This document shows positions 51,001-63,000 of a DNA stretch of 64,000 bases, one piece after another. The position numbers and the translations under genes were made by a program. Position 1 is the stretch's first letter. The number at the start of each line of letters is the position of its first letter. Source of the stretch: Centroscyllium fabricii (Eukaryota); NCBI GenBank assembly GCA_051313645.2, contig JBNRSN020000008.1, positions 205,716,001-205,780,000 on the forward strand. Reading direction: 5' to 3'. Under the pieces are notes generated by a model. The model saw nothing but the letters and a program-made list of their open reading frames with translations, did not search any database and was not told where the DNA came from.

Positions 51001-54000
51001 CATTAAAGGTGCTATATAAATGCAAGTTGTTGTTGTTGATCAAGTTGCCTGCCTGCACCTACTTGTGTGAAAACAGGTATTTGTGAGGGAGTACCGCAAT
51101 GCCCAAGCACAACTAGGTTAGGCAAAGTAGCTTTGGATTCGGTATTAGATACAGGATCAGTGAAGAGAAAGAACTATTGATAGGACAAGTTGAGAAGGCT
51201 GTTCTAAAAGCATATGGTATCCTTGGCTTTATAAATAGAGGCATTGAGTACAAAAGCAAGGAAGTTACGCTAACCCTTTACAAATCAATGGTTAGGCCTC
51301 AGCTGGAGTATTGTGTCCAATTCTGGCCACCACACTTTAGGAAGGAAGTCAAGGGCTTAGAGAGGGTGCAGAGGAGATTGACTAGAATGGTCCCAGGGAT
51401 GAGGGACCTCAGTGATGTACAGAGACTGGAGAAGCTGGGATTGTTCTTCTTAGAGCAGAGAAGGTTAAGAGGAGCGTTAGTAGAGGTGTTCAAGCTTGAT
51501 GGGTGTTGATGGAGTAGACAGGGAGAAACTGTTGCCACTGGCAGGAGGGACAGTAAGCAGAGGACACAAGTTTTAAGTAATTGGCTAAAAAGCCAGAGGG
51601 GCGATGAGGAGAATTCTTTTACACAGCGAGTTATGATCTGGTATGCACTGCCTGAAAAGGTGGTGGAAGCAGATTCAAGAGTCACTTTCAAAAGGGAACT
51701 GGATAAATACTTGAAAAGGAAAAATTTGCAGGGTTATGGATAGAGAGCAGGGGAGTGGGAATAATTGGGCATTTCCTTCAAAGAGCCGGCATAGACACGA
51801 TGGGCCGAATGGCCTTGTTCTGTGTTGTAAGATCTTCGCCGGAAGCAAGCGGAAGCAGCGCACGTCAACCCAAGCACCCCACCCACCCGCCCCTTCAACC
51901 ACCGTCTGCCCCACCTGTGACAGAGACTGTAGGTCCCGCATTGGACTCATCAGTCACCTGGGAACTCATTTTTAATGTGGAAGCAAGTCATCCTCAGTAC
52001 CGAGCGATTGCCTAAGAAGAAGAAGATTGTAGGATTATATTAAGGGACTTGGACTTCACAATAACGGAGAAGAATGAGACCCAAACTGAATTAAAATCTG
52101 CATTTACTCAAATTTATCCCCAATTTGCACCATTTCATAAATAACAGCAAAGTCCAGCTTGTTCCATGGCATTTAACGTGTTCAGGTCAAAGCAATTACC
52201 CCCTCAGATGGACAATGAGTGAATGTCATCTGTGACTGGAGGCACACGTCCAAGCTGACCGCTCTTGTGATGTCCTTGTTCTTTTGGATTTGAATCGAGG
52301 GAACAGGGAAGAGGAGTTGTACTACACATCCTTGGAACTGGAGCATCTTCCGGCTCTCTGGTACTCTTGCTTCTTGAGGGACAGGGGGTTACAGCTCGGT
52401 TGTAGAGTTCAATCCATGGAACTCGACTCCAATGGTATGCAATATATGGCCAGGACTTACTTTGTAACAGCCTATATTTAATCTGAAGTTGAAGCTAAAA
52501 CCACCTTGACCCCTGAGAATTATTGCTCCCGAATGAAGTAAGCAACTCCCACCTTGCATATGATGGGTTGGACCCTTGATTTTTGTGTCAAAATGACTTT
52601 GATTGTGAAGACCCGATAATGATTTATGAACAGAATATAGGAGGCAAATGCCAACTTTCCTCAACGACACTTTGAATCATTTTACCGTTGCTTAGTAGCC
52701 AACCAATGTAACACTTGGTTAATCCACATGCAGCATAGCCAGAGGGGAAAACCCATTCTAATACCGCTCCACATCCAAATGGGGAGGGAGTGGTGTACAA
52801 AGTCAGAAGCTTCAATAACTAAGGAGGAACAGGATAGAATGAGCTCTCAATGGAGGAAAGAGGAAAACAGTTCAACTGCAGCACATGATCAGGTGTGGAT
52901 AGTTCAGTTAACCAGAGTCACACTCTTACTAAGGCACTATTTCCCAGGAGTGGCCAGGGGAAGATTTGCATCAATGATTGACAGTCCAGTTACGGTTCCA
53001 CTGTTATATCACACTATCTTATTGTCTGATCACTTATTACTTTGGGGAAAATTTTAACCCCAAGAAACAGGCGGGTTTGGGTCTGGTGGGAGGTTAAAGT
53101 GGTAGAAATCTTAATCCCGACCCCAGCCCGCCCACTTCCGGTTTTAACGGAGGTGGGACAGGGGGCGGGCGGCCAACCTGCTCCCAGGAGGCGGGTTAGC
53201 ACTTAAAATGCAACTCTGGGTGGCCGGATTTCCCGAGCCTCGGGGAACCCAGCAGTTAAAGGAAGGAGAGGACTGCTGGATCCAGGAGGTAACTGCCTTT
53301 CCAATAACCGGCTGGATCCAGTGAGCCTGTTCAACGCAATGTGAGCGGATAGCCCCCTGACCCTTCTAATCTCCCCACGCCCTGCGCCCCCCACCCCGAG
53401 GATCCAATCTTCCCCACAAGGCCTCCAGCCCGCCCCAGGAAGCCCCCGATCCCCATTCCAACCTGCCAAACCCCCCAGTCCCCCACCACCTGCCCCCAGC
53501 CCACCGATCCCAGCCTTCCTACACTCCCCCCCCACCCCTTGATCTCCAACCACCTCTGAACTCAGAGTTCTGACACCGCCCCCCATCCCCCCAACCACAT
53601 CCCAGCCCCCGATCCCTCTCTCCCTCCTCTCTGCTCCCTGGCTGCTGCCTGGTGCTGCAGGCCTACCCGCTCAAGCCAGCCACCCTCTCAATCTGGCTGG
53701 CTGCAGGGGGGGAAACAGAGAAAAAAAATGTTAATCAGGCTTTGCCTGAGGGGAACCTGTTCTTCCGGGTATCCCAACCATAATCCAGCCTCCATGCTCC
53801 CTACAAGTTAAAATCCTGCCCATTGTTATCTGTTTTACATTTAACCCCCTCACCTCACATGTCAGCCGTGGCTCAGTGGGTAGCACTCTCACCTCCTGAG
53901 TCAGAAGGTTGTGGGTTCAAGTCCCACTGCATGGACTTGATCACAAAATCTAGGCTGACACTCCAGTGCAGTGCTGAGGGAGTGCTGCACTGTTGGAGAT

Positions 54001-57000
54001 GCCTTCTTTCAGATGAGATGTTAAACCGAGGTCCCATCTGCCCCCCATGGCACTATTTGAAGAAGAGCAGGGCAGTTATGCCCGGTGTCCTGGTCAACAT
54101 TTAGACCTCAATGAACATCACTGAAACAGATAATCTGGTCAATTATTTCACTGCTGTTTGTGGGAGTTTCCTGTGCACAAATTGACTGCCACATTTCCTA
54201 CATTACAATAGTGACTGCACTTCAAAAGTACATCATTGGCTGTAAAGCACTTTGGGATGTCCTGAGGTTGGGAAAGGCACTATAGAAATGCAAGTTTGAA
54301 AAATTTGAACATGCTGGGGCTGTTTTCCCTAGAAAGGGAAGGCTGAGGGGTGATCGACAGAAATCTTTAAAATCATGAAAGGGTTTGATAGGGTAGACGT
54401 AGAGAAGACCAAAACTAGGGGCCATAAATATAAGATCGTCACTAATCAATCCAGTAGGGAATTCAGGAGAAACTTTACCCAGAGAGTAGTTAGAATGTGG
54501 AACGTGTTACCACAAGGATTGGTTGAAAGAAAGAAAGACTTACATTGCTATAGCGCCTTTCACGTCCTCAGGACGTCTCAAAGCGCTTTAAAGCCAATTA
54601 AGTACTTTTGAAGTGTAGCCACTATTGTAATGTATGAAACGCAGCAGACAATTTGTGCACAGCAGTGTGATAATGACCAGATAATCTGTTTTTGTGATGT
54701 TGATTGAAGGATAAATATTGGCCAGGACACTGGGGATTACTCCCCTGCTCTTCTTCGAAATAGTGCCGTGGAATTTTTTACGTCCACCTGAGGCACCAAA
54801 CGGGGCCTCGGTTTAACATCTCATCCAAAAGACGGCACCTCCGACAGCACTCCCTCAGCACTGCATTGGAGTGACAGCCCAGATTTTTGTGCTCAAGTCT
54901 CTGGAGTGGGACTTGACCCCACAACCTTCTGACTCAGAGGCGAGAGTGTTACCTACTGAGCCACAGCTGTCACTGTGTTGAAGCAAATAGCAGAGATGCC
55001 TTTAAGGGGAAGCTCGATAAGCACATGAGGGAGAAAGGAATAGAAGGATATGCTAATCAGGTGAGATGAAGTAGGGCGGGAGGAGGCTCGTGTGGAGCAG
55101 TTGAGTCGATGGCCTGTTTCTGTGCTGTACGTTCGATGTAATTCTATGAAAGCCTTTCTAATTAACGAGAAAGCAGGCAACAGACACCTTCCCTCATTGA
55201 CAGAACCTGTGCCTGTTGTAGTTCCATTGTGTGAGGTGGCTGCAAAGCATTGGGGCAAAGAAACTATGCCATGTTCTTCGCAGCCTTCAACATGTCATTG
55301 ATGACGATGAACACCTCGCTAAGGCCATCCCCACGCCTCCACTACTCGCCTTCAAACAGCCGCCTAACCTCAAACAGACTATCGTTCGCAGCAAATTACC
55401 CAGCCTTCAGGAGAACAGCAACCACGACACCACACAACCCTGCCACAGCAACCTCTGCAAGATGTGCCAAATCAGCAGCACAGATACCATCATCACACGT
55501 GAGGACACCACACACCAGGTACATGGTACATACTCATGTGACTCGACCAATGTTGTCTACCTCATACGTTGCAGGAAACATAGAAACATAGAAGATAGGA
55601 GCAGGAGTAGGCCATTCGGCCCTTCGAGCCTGCTCCGCCATTCAATGAGATCATGGCTGATCATCCAAACCCAGCACCCTGTCCCTTCCTTGTCCCCATA
55701 TCCCTCTCGAGCTTGCACCGACACATATCCCACCCTATCCCCGTAACCCCCCATATTCAATCCCCCTAACACTAAGGGTCAATTTATCATGGCCAATCAA
55801 CCTAACCCGCACATCTTTGAACTGTGGGAGGAAACCGGAGCACCCGGAGGAAACCAAGCAGACATGGGGATAATGTGCAAACTCCACACAGATAGTACCC
55901 GAAGCTGGATTTGAACCCGGGTCTCTAGTGCTGTAAGGCAACAGTGCTAACCACTATGCCACCGTGCCGCCCCTTACGGTGGCATAGTGGTTAGCAATGC
56001 TGCCTAGGAAAGGATGCCCCGGGGCATGGTACATCGGCGAGACCATGCAGACACTTCGACAACGGATGAACGGACACCGCACAACAATTGCCAGGCAGGA
56101 GTGTTCCCTCCCAGTTGGGGAACACTTCAGCAGTGAAGGACATTCAGCCTCCGATCTTCGGGTAAGCATTCTCCAAGGCGGCCTTCGAGACACACGACAA
56201 TGCAAAATCGTCGAGCAGCGGCTGATAGCCAAATTCCGCACCCATGAGGGTGGCCTCAACCGTGATATCGGCTTCATGTCACGCTACATGTGACCCTGCC
56301 TGACGTAGAGTCATCCAGACTAGAGACATCTTTGTCTTGTAAGGAAATTCCTTTTTTTTTAAAATCATTCTGTGTGTTTTCGCACAGACAAGAGGACTGC
56401 AGCCTTTGACCCTTTGTGACTGTGCCTCATTGATCTCAGACTGATATGTTAAAATATGTTAATACACCTTTGTCTGCTCTGTTTGTCTCTTTGCTAAGGT
56501 GAGATGTGGGAGAGATCAGATTTCTCTCTCCCTTGCATATGTGCTTTCTTTGGATCAACTTCTCTTCCACCCGACGAAGGAGCAGCGCTCCGAAAGCTTG
56601 TGATTTAAAATAAAACTGTTGGACTATAACCTGGTGTTGTGTGACTTCTTGCATTTGAAGGGACTGAAGATCTAGACCTTCTGCTGTCCAAACCTACAGC
56701 CACAAGCTATCAACTGAATGTATGGGGCCGTACACCACGGCCTAGTAGTAAGGAGGTGTTAGCCTTACCTTAGCCCCCACAGCTCCCGGGAGACCCAACC
56801 CACCAGGCTCACCCTGAAAGTACAAGACACACTACATCAGCAAACACAGCAGCAACAGAACCGTACAATACTTCAAGTCGCTGTCGCTATCGAACCGGGC
56901 TGACATACCGGCATTCCTTTCTCCCCTGGCAATCCTGGTTGGCCACCTTGTCCGGGTGGGCCAGTGGGCCCCTGAAAGAAATAGGGGAGAGAAAAAAAAC

Positions 57001-60000
57001 ATCACCAGGGAAACTAGCCAGACATTAGAGAAAAATAAATCAAAGCCACAAGAGAAATAATTCTTTTATTTAAATGGGCATGGGGAAGGTGGGGTGGGGA
57101 GTGGCTGGAGGGAGGGAGACAAATGACCAAATGGCACATGCCGGTGAGGCTTTAAAAGGTGCTTTATATCAAAGCAAAAAAAGCAAAACTTTCACGGGAG
57201 AAGGAATAGTCGGAAGCGAGTAATTTGAGACAGCAGCCAGAATAAAGATGCGCCGTAACATTCGGCTAACTTTAAAATTGCAGTCGAGTGGACAATCTTA
57301 ATGTTCGCGCTCGTTTTTTCCAAAGATATTTTGTGGTGAGGATGTAAAGAACTACCATTATTTTTGTGTTATTCCAATACTCTCCTGGCCAGCCTCACAC
57401 GTTCCACACCCCCTGCAAAAGTCAACTCATCCGAAACTCTGCCCTCCTGTATCCTAACTCGCACCAAGTCCTGTTCACTCACCAGCCCTGTGCTTCCTGA
57501 CCTACACTGGCTCCCGGTTTCCCAACGCCTACAATTGAAACTTCTCACCCGAGGGTGCTCAAATCTCTCCATGGCCTCGCCCCTCGCTATCTCTGTAACC
57601 TCTTCCAGGCTTACAACCATAGAAACATAGAAGATAGGAGCAGGAGTAGGCCATTCGGCCCTTCGAGCCTGCTCCGCCATTCAATTAGATCATGACTGAT
57701 CTTTCAGATTCAGTACCCTGTCCCTTCTTTCTCCCCATATCCCTTGATCCCTTCAGCCTGAAGAAATATATCCAACTCCTTCTTGAATATATTAAATGAA
57801 CCGGCCTCCACCGCCCTCTGTGGCAGAGAATTCCACAGGTTCACCACTCTCTGGGTGAAGAAATTCCCCCTCATCTCGGTCCTAAATGGCTTTCCCCTTA
57901 TCCTTAGACTATGGCCCCTGGTTCTGGACTCCCCGACCATCGGGAACATCCTTCCTGCATCCAGTCTGTCTAGGCCTGACAGAATTTTATAGGTTTCGAT
58001 GAGGTCCCCGCTCAATCGTCTGAACTCCAGTGAGTATAAGCCCAATCGACTCAATCTCTCCCCATACGTCATTCCTGCCATCCCAGGTATCAGCCTGGTG
58101 AATCTGCGCTGAACTCCTTCAATGGCAAGAACGTCCTTCCTCAGATGAGGTGACCAAAACTGCACACAATACTCGAGGTGTGGTCTCACCGAGGTCCTGT
58201 AGAGCTGCAGCAAGACATCCTTGTTCTTATATTCAAACCCTCTTGCTACGAAGGCCAACATACCATTTGCCTTCTTAACCGCCTGTTGCACCTGCATGCT
58301 TACCTTCAGTGACTGGTGCACAAGAACACCCAGGTCTCTTTGCACTTCCCCATCTCCCAATCTATTGCCATTCAAATAATAATCTGTCCTCCTGTTTTTG
58401 CCACCAAAGTGGATAACCTCACATTTATCCACATTATAGTGCATTTGCCATGTTTCTGCCCAATCCCCCAACCTGTCCAAATCGCATTGGAGTTTTTCGA
58501 CATCCTCCTCACAGCATACCATCACCCCCAGCTTTGTGTCATTTGCAAATTTGGAGATATTACATCCAATTCCCTCGTCCAGGTCATTAATATATATTGT
58601 GAACAGCTGGGGTCCTAGGACCGATCCTTGCGGTACCCCACTAGTCACTGCCTGCCACTCGGAAAACGACCCGTTTATTCCAACTCTGTTTTCTGTCTGC
58701 CAAGCAGTTCTCTATCCAAGTCAATACCTTGCCCCCAATCCCATGAGACTTAAATTTGCACGCTAATTTCTTATGAGTGACCTTATCGAAAGCTTTCTGA
58801 AAGTCCAAATACACCACATCTACTGGTTCTCCCCTATCTATTTTACCAGTTACATCCTCAAAAAATTCCAGTTGATTAGTCGAGCACGATTTACCTTTTG
58901 TAAATCCATGTTGACTCTGTCCGATTCCGTCACTGTTTTTCAAGTGTACTGCTATTACATCTTTAATAATGGACTCGTGCATTTTCCCCACTACCGATGT
59001 CAGGCTTACTGGTCCATAATTCCCCGCTTTTTCTCTACCCCTTTTTTTGAATAGTGGGGTAATGTTAGCTACCCTCCAATTCATGGGTACTGTTCCAGAG
59101 TCTATCGAGTTCTGGAAGATGATCAGCAATGCATCTGCCATCTCCAGGGCCACTTCCTTAAGTACCCTAGGATGTAGATTATCAGGCCCTGGAGATTTGT
59201 CGGCCGTTAATCCATTCAACTTCTCCAACACCATATCCCAACAAATACTGATTTCTATCAGTTCCTCCCTCTCATTAGTCCCTATGTTTCCCAACATCTC
59301 TGGGAGGTTATTTGTGTCCTCCTTTGTGATGACAGAACCAAAATATGTATTTAATTGGTCTGCCATTTCCTTGTTACCCATTATATATTACCCTGATTCG
59401 GACTGCATGGGATCAACGTTTGATTTCATCAATCTTTTCCTCTTAATATATCTATAAAAGCTTTTGCAATCAGTTTTTATGTTTGCCACAAGCTTACTTT
59501 CATAATCTATTTTCCCCCTCTTAATTAATCCCTTTGTCCTCCTTTGCTGTATCCTAAACTGCTCCCAATCCTCCGGTCTGTTGCTTTTTTTGGCCAATTT
59601 ATATGCCCTCTCTTTGGATTTTATGTTATCTCTAATTTGCCTTGTTATCCATGGTTGAGTTACCTTTTTTGGTTTATTTTTATGCCAAACTGGTATAAAC
59701 AAGTTCTGCAATTCTTCCATTTGATCTTTGAATGTTTGCCATTGTCCATCCACCGTCAACCCCCCACCAAGCGACACCACCCAATCAATCCTTCCCAACT
59801 CGCGTCTCATACCATCATAGTTCCCTTTACTTAAATTCAGGACCTTAGTCTCTGAGTCAATTTCTTCACTCTCCATCTTAAGTGAGAATTCAATCATATT
59901 ATGATCGCTCCGACCCAAGGGGCCTCGTACAACAAGATTGCTAATTAATCCTTTCTCATTGCATAATACCCAATCTAAGATGGCCTGATCCCGAGTTGGT

Positions 60001-63000
60001 TCCTCGACATATTGGTCCAGGAAACCGTCTCGTATACACTCCATGAGTTCCTCCTCCACAGTATTTTTACTAATTTGGCTAGCCCAATCTATATGTAAAT
60101 TAAAGTCACCCATGATGACAGCTGTGCCCTTACTGCATGCTTCTCTAATTTCCCTTTTAATACCTTCCCCAACCTCCGTATTACTGTTTGGAGGTCTATA
60201 TACCACTCCCACTAACGTTTTCTGCCCCTTCCTATTTCTCAGTTCTGCCCATACAGATTCTGCATCATCAGAGTTAATATCCTTCCTTTCAATTGTGTTA
60301 ATCCCCTCTTTAACCAGCAATGCTACCCCACCTCCCTTCCTTTTTTGTCTATCCTTCCTAAATATTGAATACCCCTGAATGTTGAGTTCTCAGCCTTTGC
60401 CACCCTGAAGCCATGTTTCTGTAATCCCAATCAAATCGTATTTGTTTACCTCTATTTCCGCAGCTAATTCATCTACCTTGTTCCGAATGCTCCTTGCATC
60501 AAGATACAAAGCCTTCAGGCTGGTTTTTTTCACGCTCTCATACCTATATGAATTATTATCTCCTGTGACCATGTTTGATTTAACCCTTTGATTTCTCTGG
60601 CTTCTAATTTTGCCTTTCTCCTTTCTGTCTTTTGCTTTTATTCTTGTTTCCCTCTCTTCTGTCTCCCTGCTCAGGTTCCCAACCCCCTGCCACTTTAGTT
60701 TAAATCCTCCCCAACAGCACTAGCAAACACTCCCCCTAGGACATCGGTCCCAGCCCAGAACCCTCTGAGATCTCTCTGATCCTCCAATTCCGGCCTCTTG
60801 TGCATCCCCAATTTCCTACACCCTACCATTGGCGGCTGTGCCTTCAGCCGTCTCGGTCCTAAGCTCTGGAATTCTCCTCTCTACCTCTGTTTCCTCCTTT
60901 ATGACGCTCCTTAAAACCTACCTCTTTGCCCAAGCTGTTGATCACCTGTCCTAATATCTCATGATGTGGCTCGGTGTCAAGTTTTATCTGATAATGGTCC
61001 TGTGAAGCGCCTTGGAACATTTAAATATTAAAGGCGCTATATAAATGCAGGTTATTGTTGTGCTGGAATTTTCAGTTTGCAAGCCAGAAATGTCTATTAA
61101 TTTCCCGTCAAGCAAATTTCAGAATAAAGTGAGACTCTCAATCCAGCATGCTGTCTCTGTTTAGCTGCACAACATGATGATGGTAATTGCTATGCAATCG
61201 GAGTCATAAATTCTTCACTTACCGGAGGTCCCAATGGTCCAGGTGTACCGGGTCTCCCGTCTACTCCTGAATGGCCAGGCAAGCCTGGTTTTCCAGGTAC
61301 GCCTGTATTATTTGTACCAAACATTCCGGGCCGACCAGGGAGGCCAGGGATACCTGGCGGTCCGGGGGGCCCGGACAGTCCCTGTAAGAGAACAATAGAA
61401 TTAATCTTCCATCTTCACATTCACGTGCGTATTTAACTAATCAGTCAGAATGGTGGGGTGGGCGGAAAGGCCAGGTTAGGTAAGACCCTTGAAAAGGTCC
61501 AGTGATTTAAAGCCCATTACCACACAGAAAGCATTACATTTTTGAACAATAAAGCTAGTGAATTAATCCACAGTCCTGGACTCCCTCAGCAATAGGATCG
61601 GCCCAAAATGACCAAAACCTATTTTCCAGTAATTTGTCTCATTGTTGTTTGTGGGACCTTGCTGTGCGTAAATTGGCTGCTGCGTTCCCTACATTACAAC
61701 ATTTTCAAAGTAATTTATTAGTTGTGAACTATTTTGGGGATTCTGGAGGACACAAAAGGCACCATCTAAAGGCAACTACTTTGTCTCTTTCTTAGGAGCC
61801 AGCTCCTTGGCGTATCAGAAATCTAGTGCTCCTTTCAAGCTTCATTTCTGTTGGCTAAAATACCCCTTTTGGGCGCTGTGGAAGACTATCTGCCTCAGAC
61901 ACGAGAAACTTCATTTACATGTTAATATATCTCAGTCAAACCCCTTGCTCAGCATCTGGGAGTGTCGCCTCTTAAGGCCCGCACAGCATGATCCCAAACT
62001 GTGTTTTAACTTCCACCCAATCGCACAATCCGCTTCAAAACAGTGCACCTACCCGAAAGTTTGCTAGGTCGCCTTCAAATCCGGAACCTTCCATATCAAT
62101 AAAAGTCTAGGAAACAAGAATAGGCAGTGAACAGGAGCATTCTTACTTGGGATTTACTCAAGCCCGAGGTTTGATATTAATCACTGCGGTCAGAGGATGG
62201 GTGCAACATATAAGGAATAAGCAGAGCTGAGAAGTAACCGAGTGTAGCTAAGGCAACTCGTAAGGTTTGAAGGGGAGCCAACTGTGAGGGACCTTCAGTG
62301 AAGAAATACTAGGAACGATTACTGCTGCCGCTGTAGCAATTTATTTCCTCCGGTAAACATATACAAGTACTTGGCAGTGAAATTCTGTATAAAGGAGACA
62401 GGATTAAAAGGGCGAAGGGTATGGACTGTTGAGACCTGACTTGTTCCATCATTCATTCAATCCCACAAATCATCTTCTCGCACAATGTTTGGAGCAGGCA
62501 CTCACTGCACCAGGGTGTTGCAGGAAAACATGCCTCTGGTGACTCCTTGATAGGCTACTGGCGAACTTCAGCACTCTGTGTTCAGACAGCTCATTAAAAA
62601 AACATTTAAAGCCAAGATTTAAATTCCTGTTAGTCTGACATCCCCCCTCAGGTCTGACTTACATCTGATTGGAACAACCTCTGAGAATGGCAGAACAGGA
62701 ACAGAACAGGGCTGGTCTCGTCTGTGGATTTTAATCCATGATTGACAGCCAACATAAAATGTAGATGTAGATTTTAATACCTGGTCATAAAGAAACTAGC
62801 TTGTTTGTGCCTCAAAATGGAGCTTCTCAGCTGTGGCTCAGTGGGTAGCACTCTCGCCTCTGAGGCAATAGGTCGCGAGTTCAAGCTCTACTCCAGAGAA
62901 TCGAGCACACAATCTAGGCTGGCATTCCCAGCGCAGTGCTGGGGGAGTGCTACGCAGTCGGATGTGTCGTCTATTGGATGAGACGTGTCGTCTATTGGAT

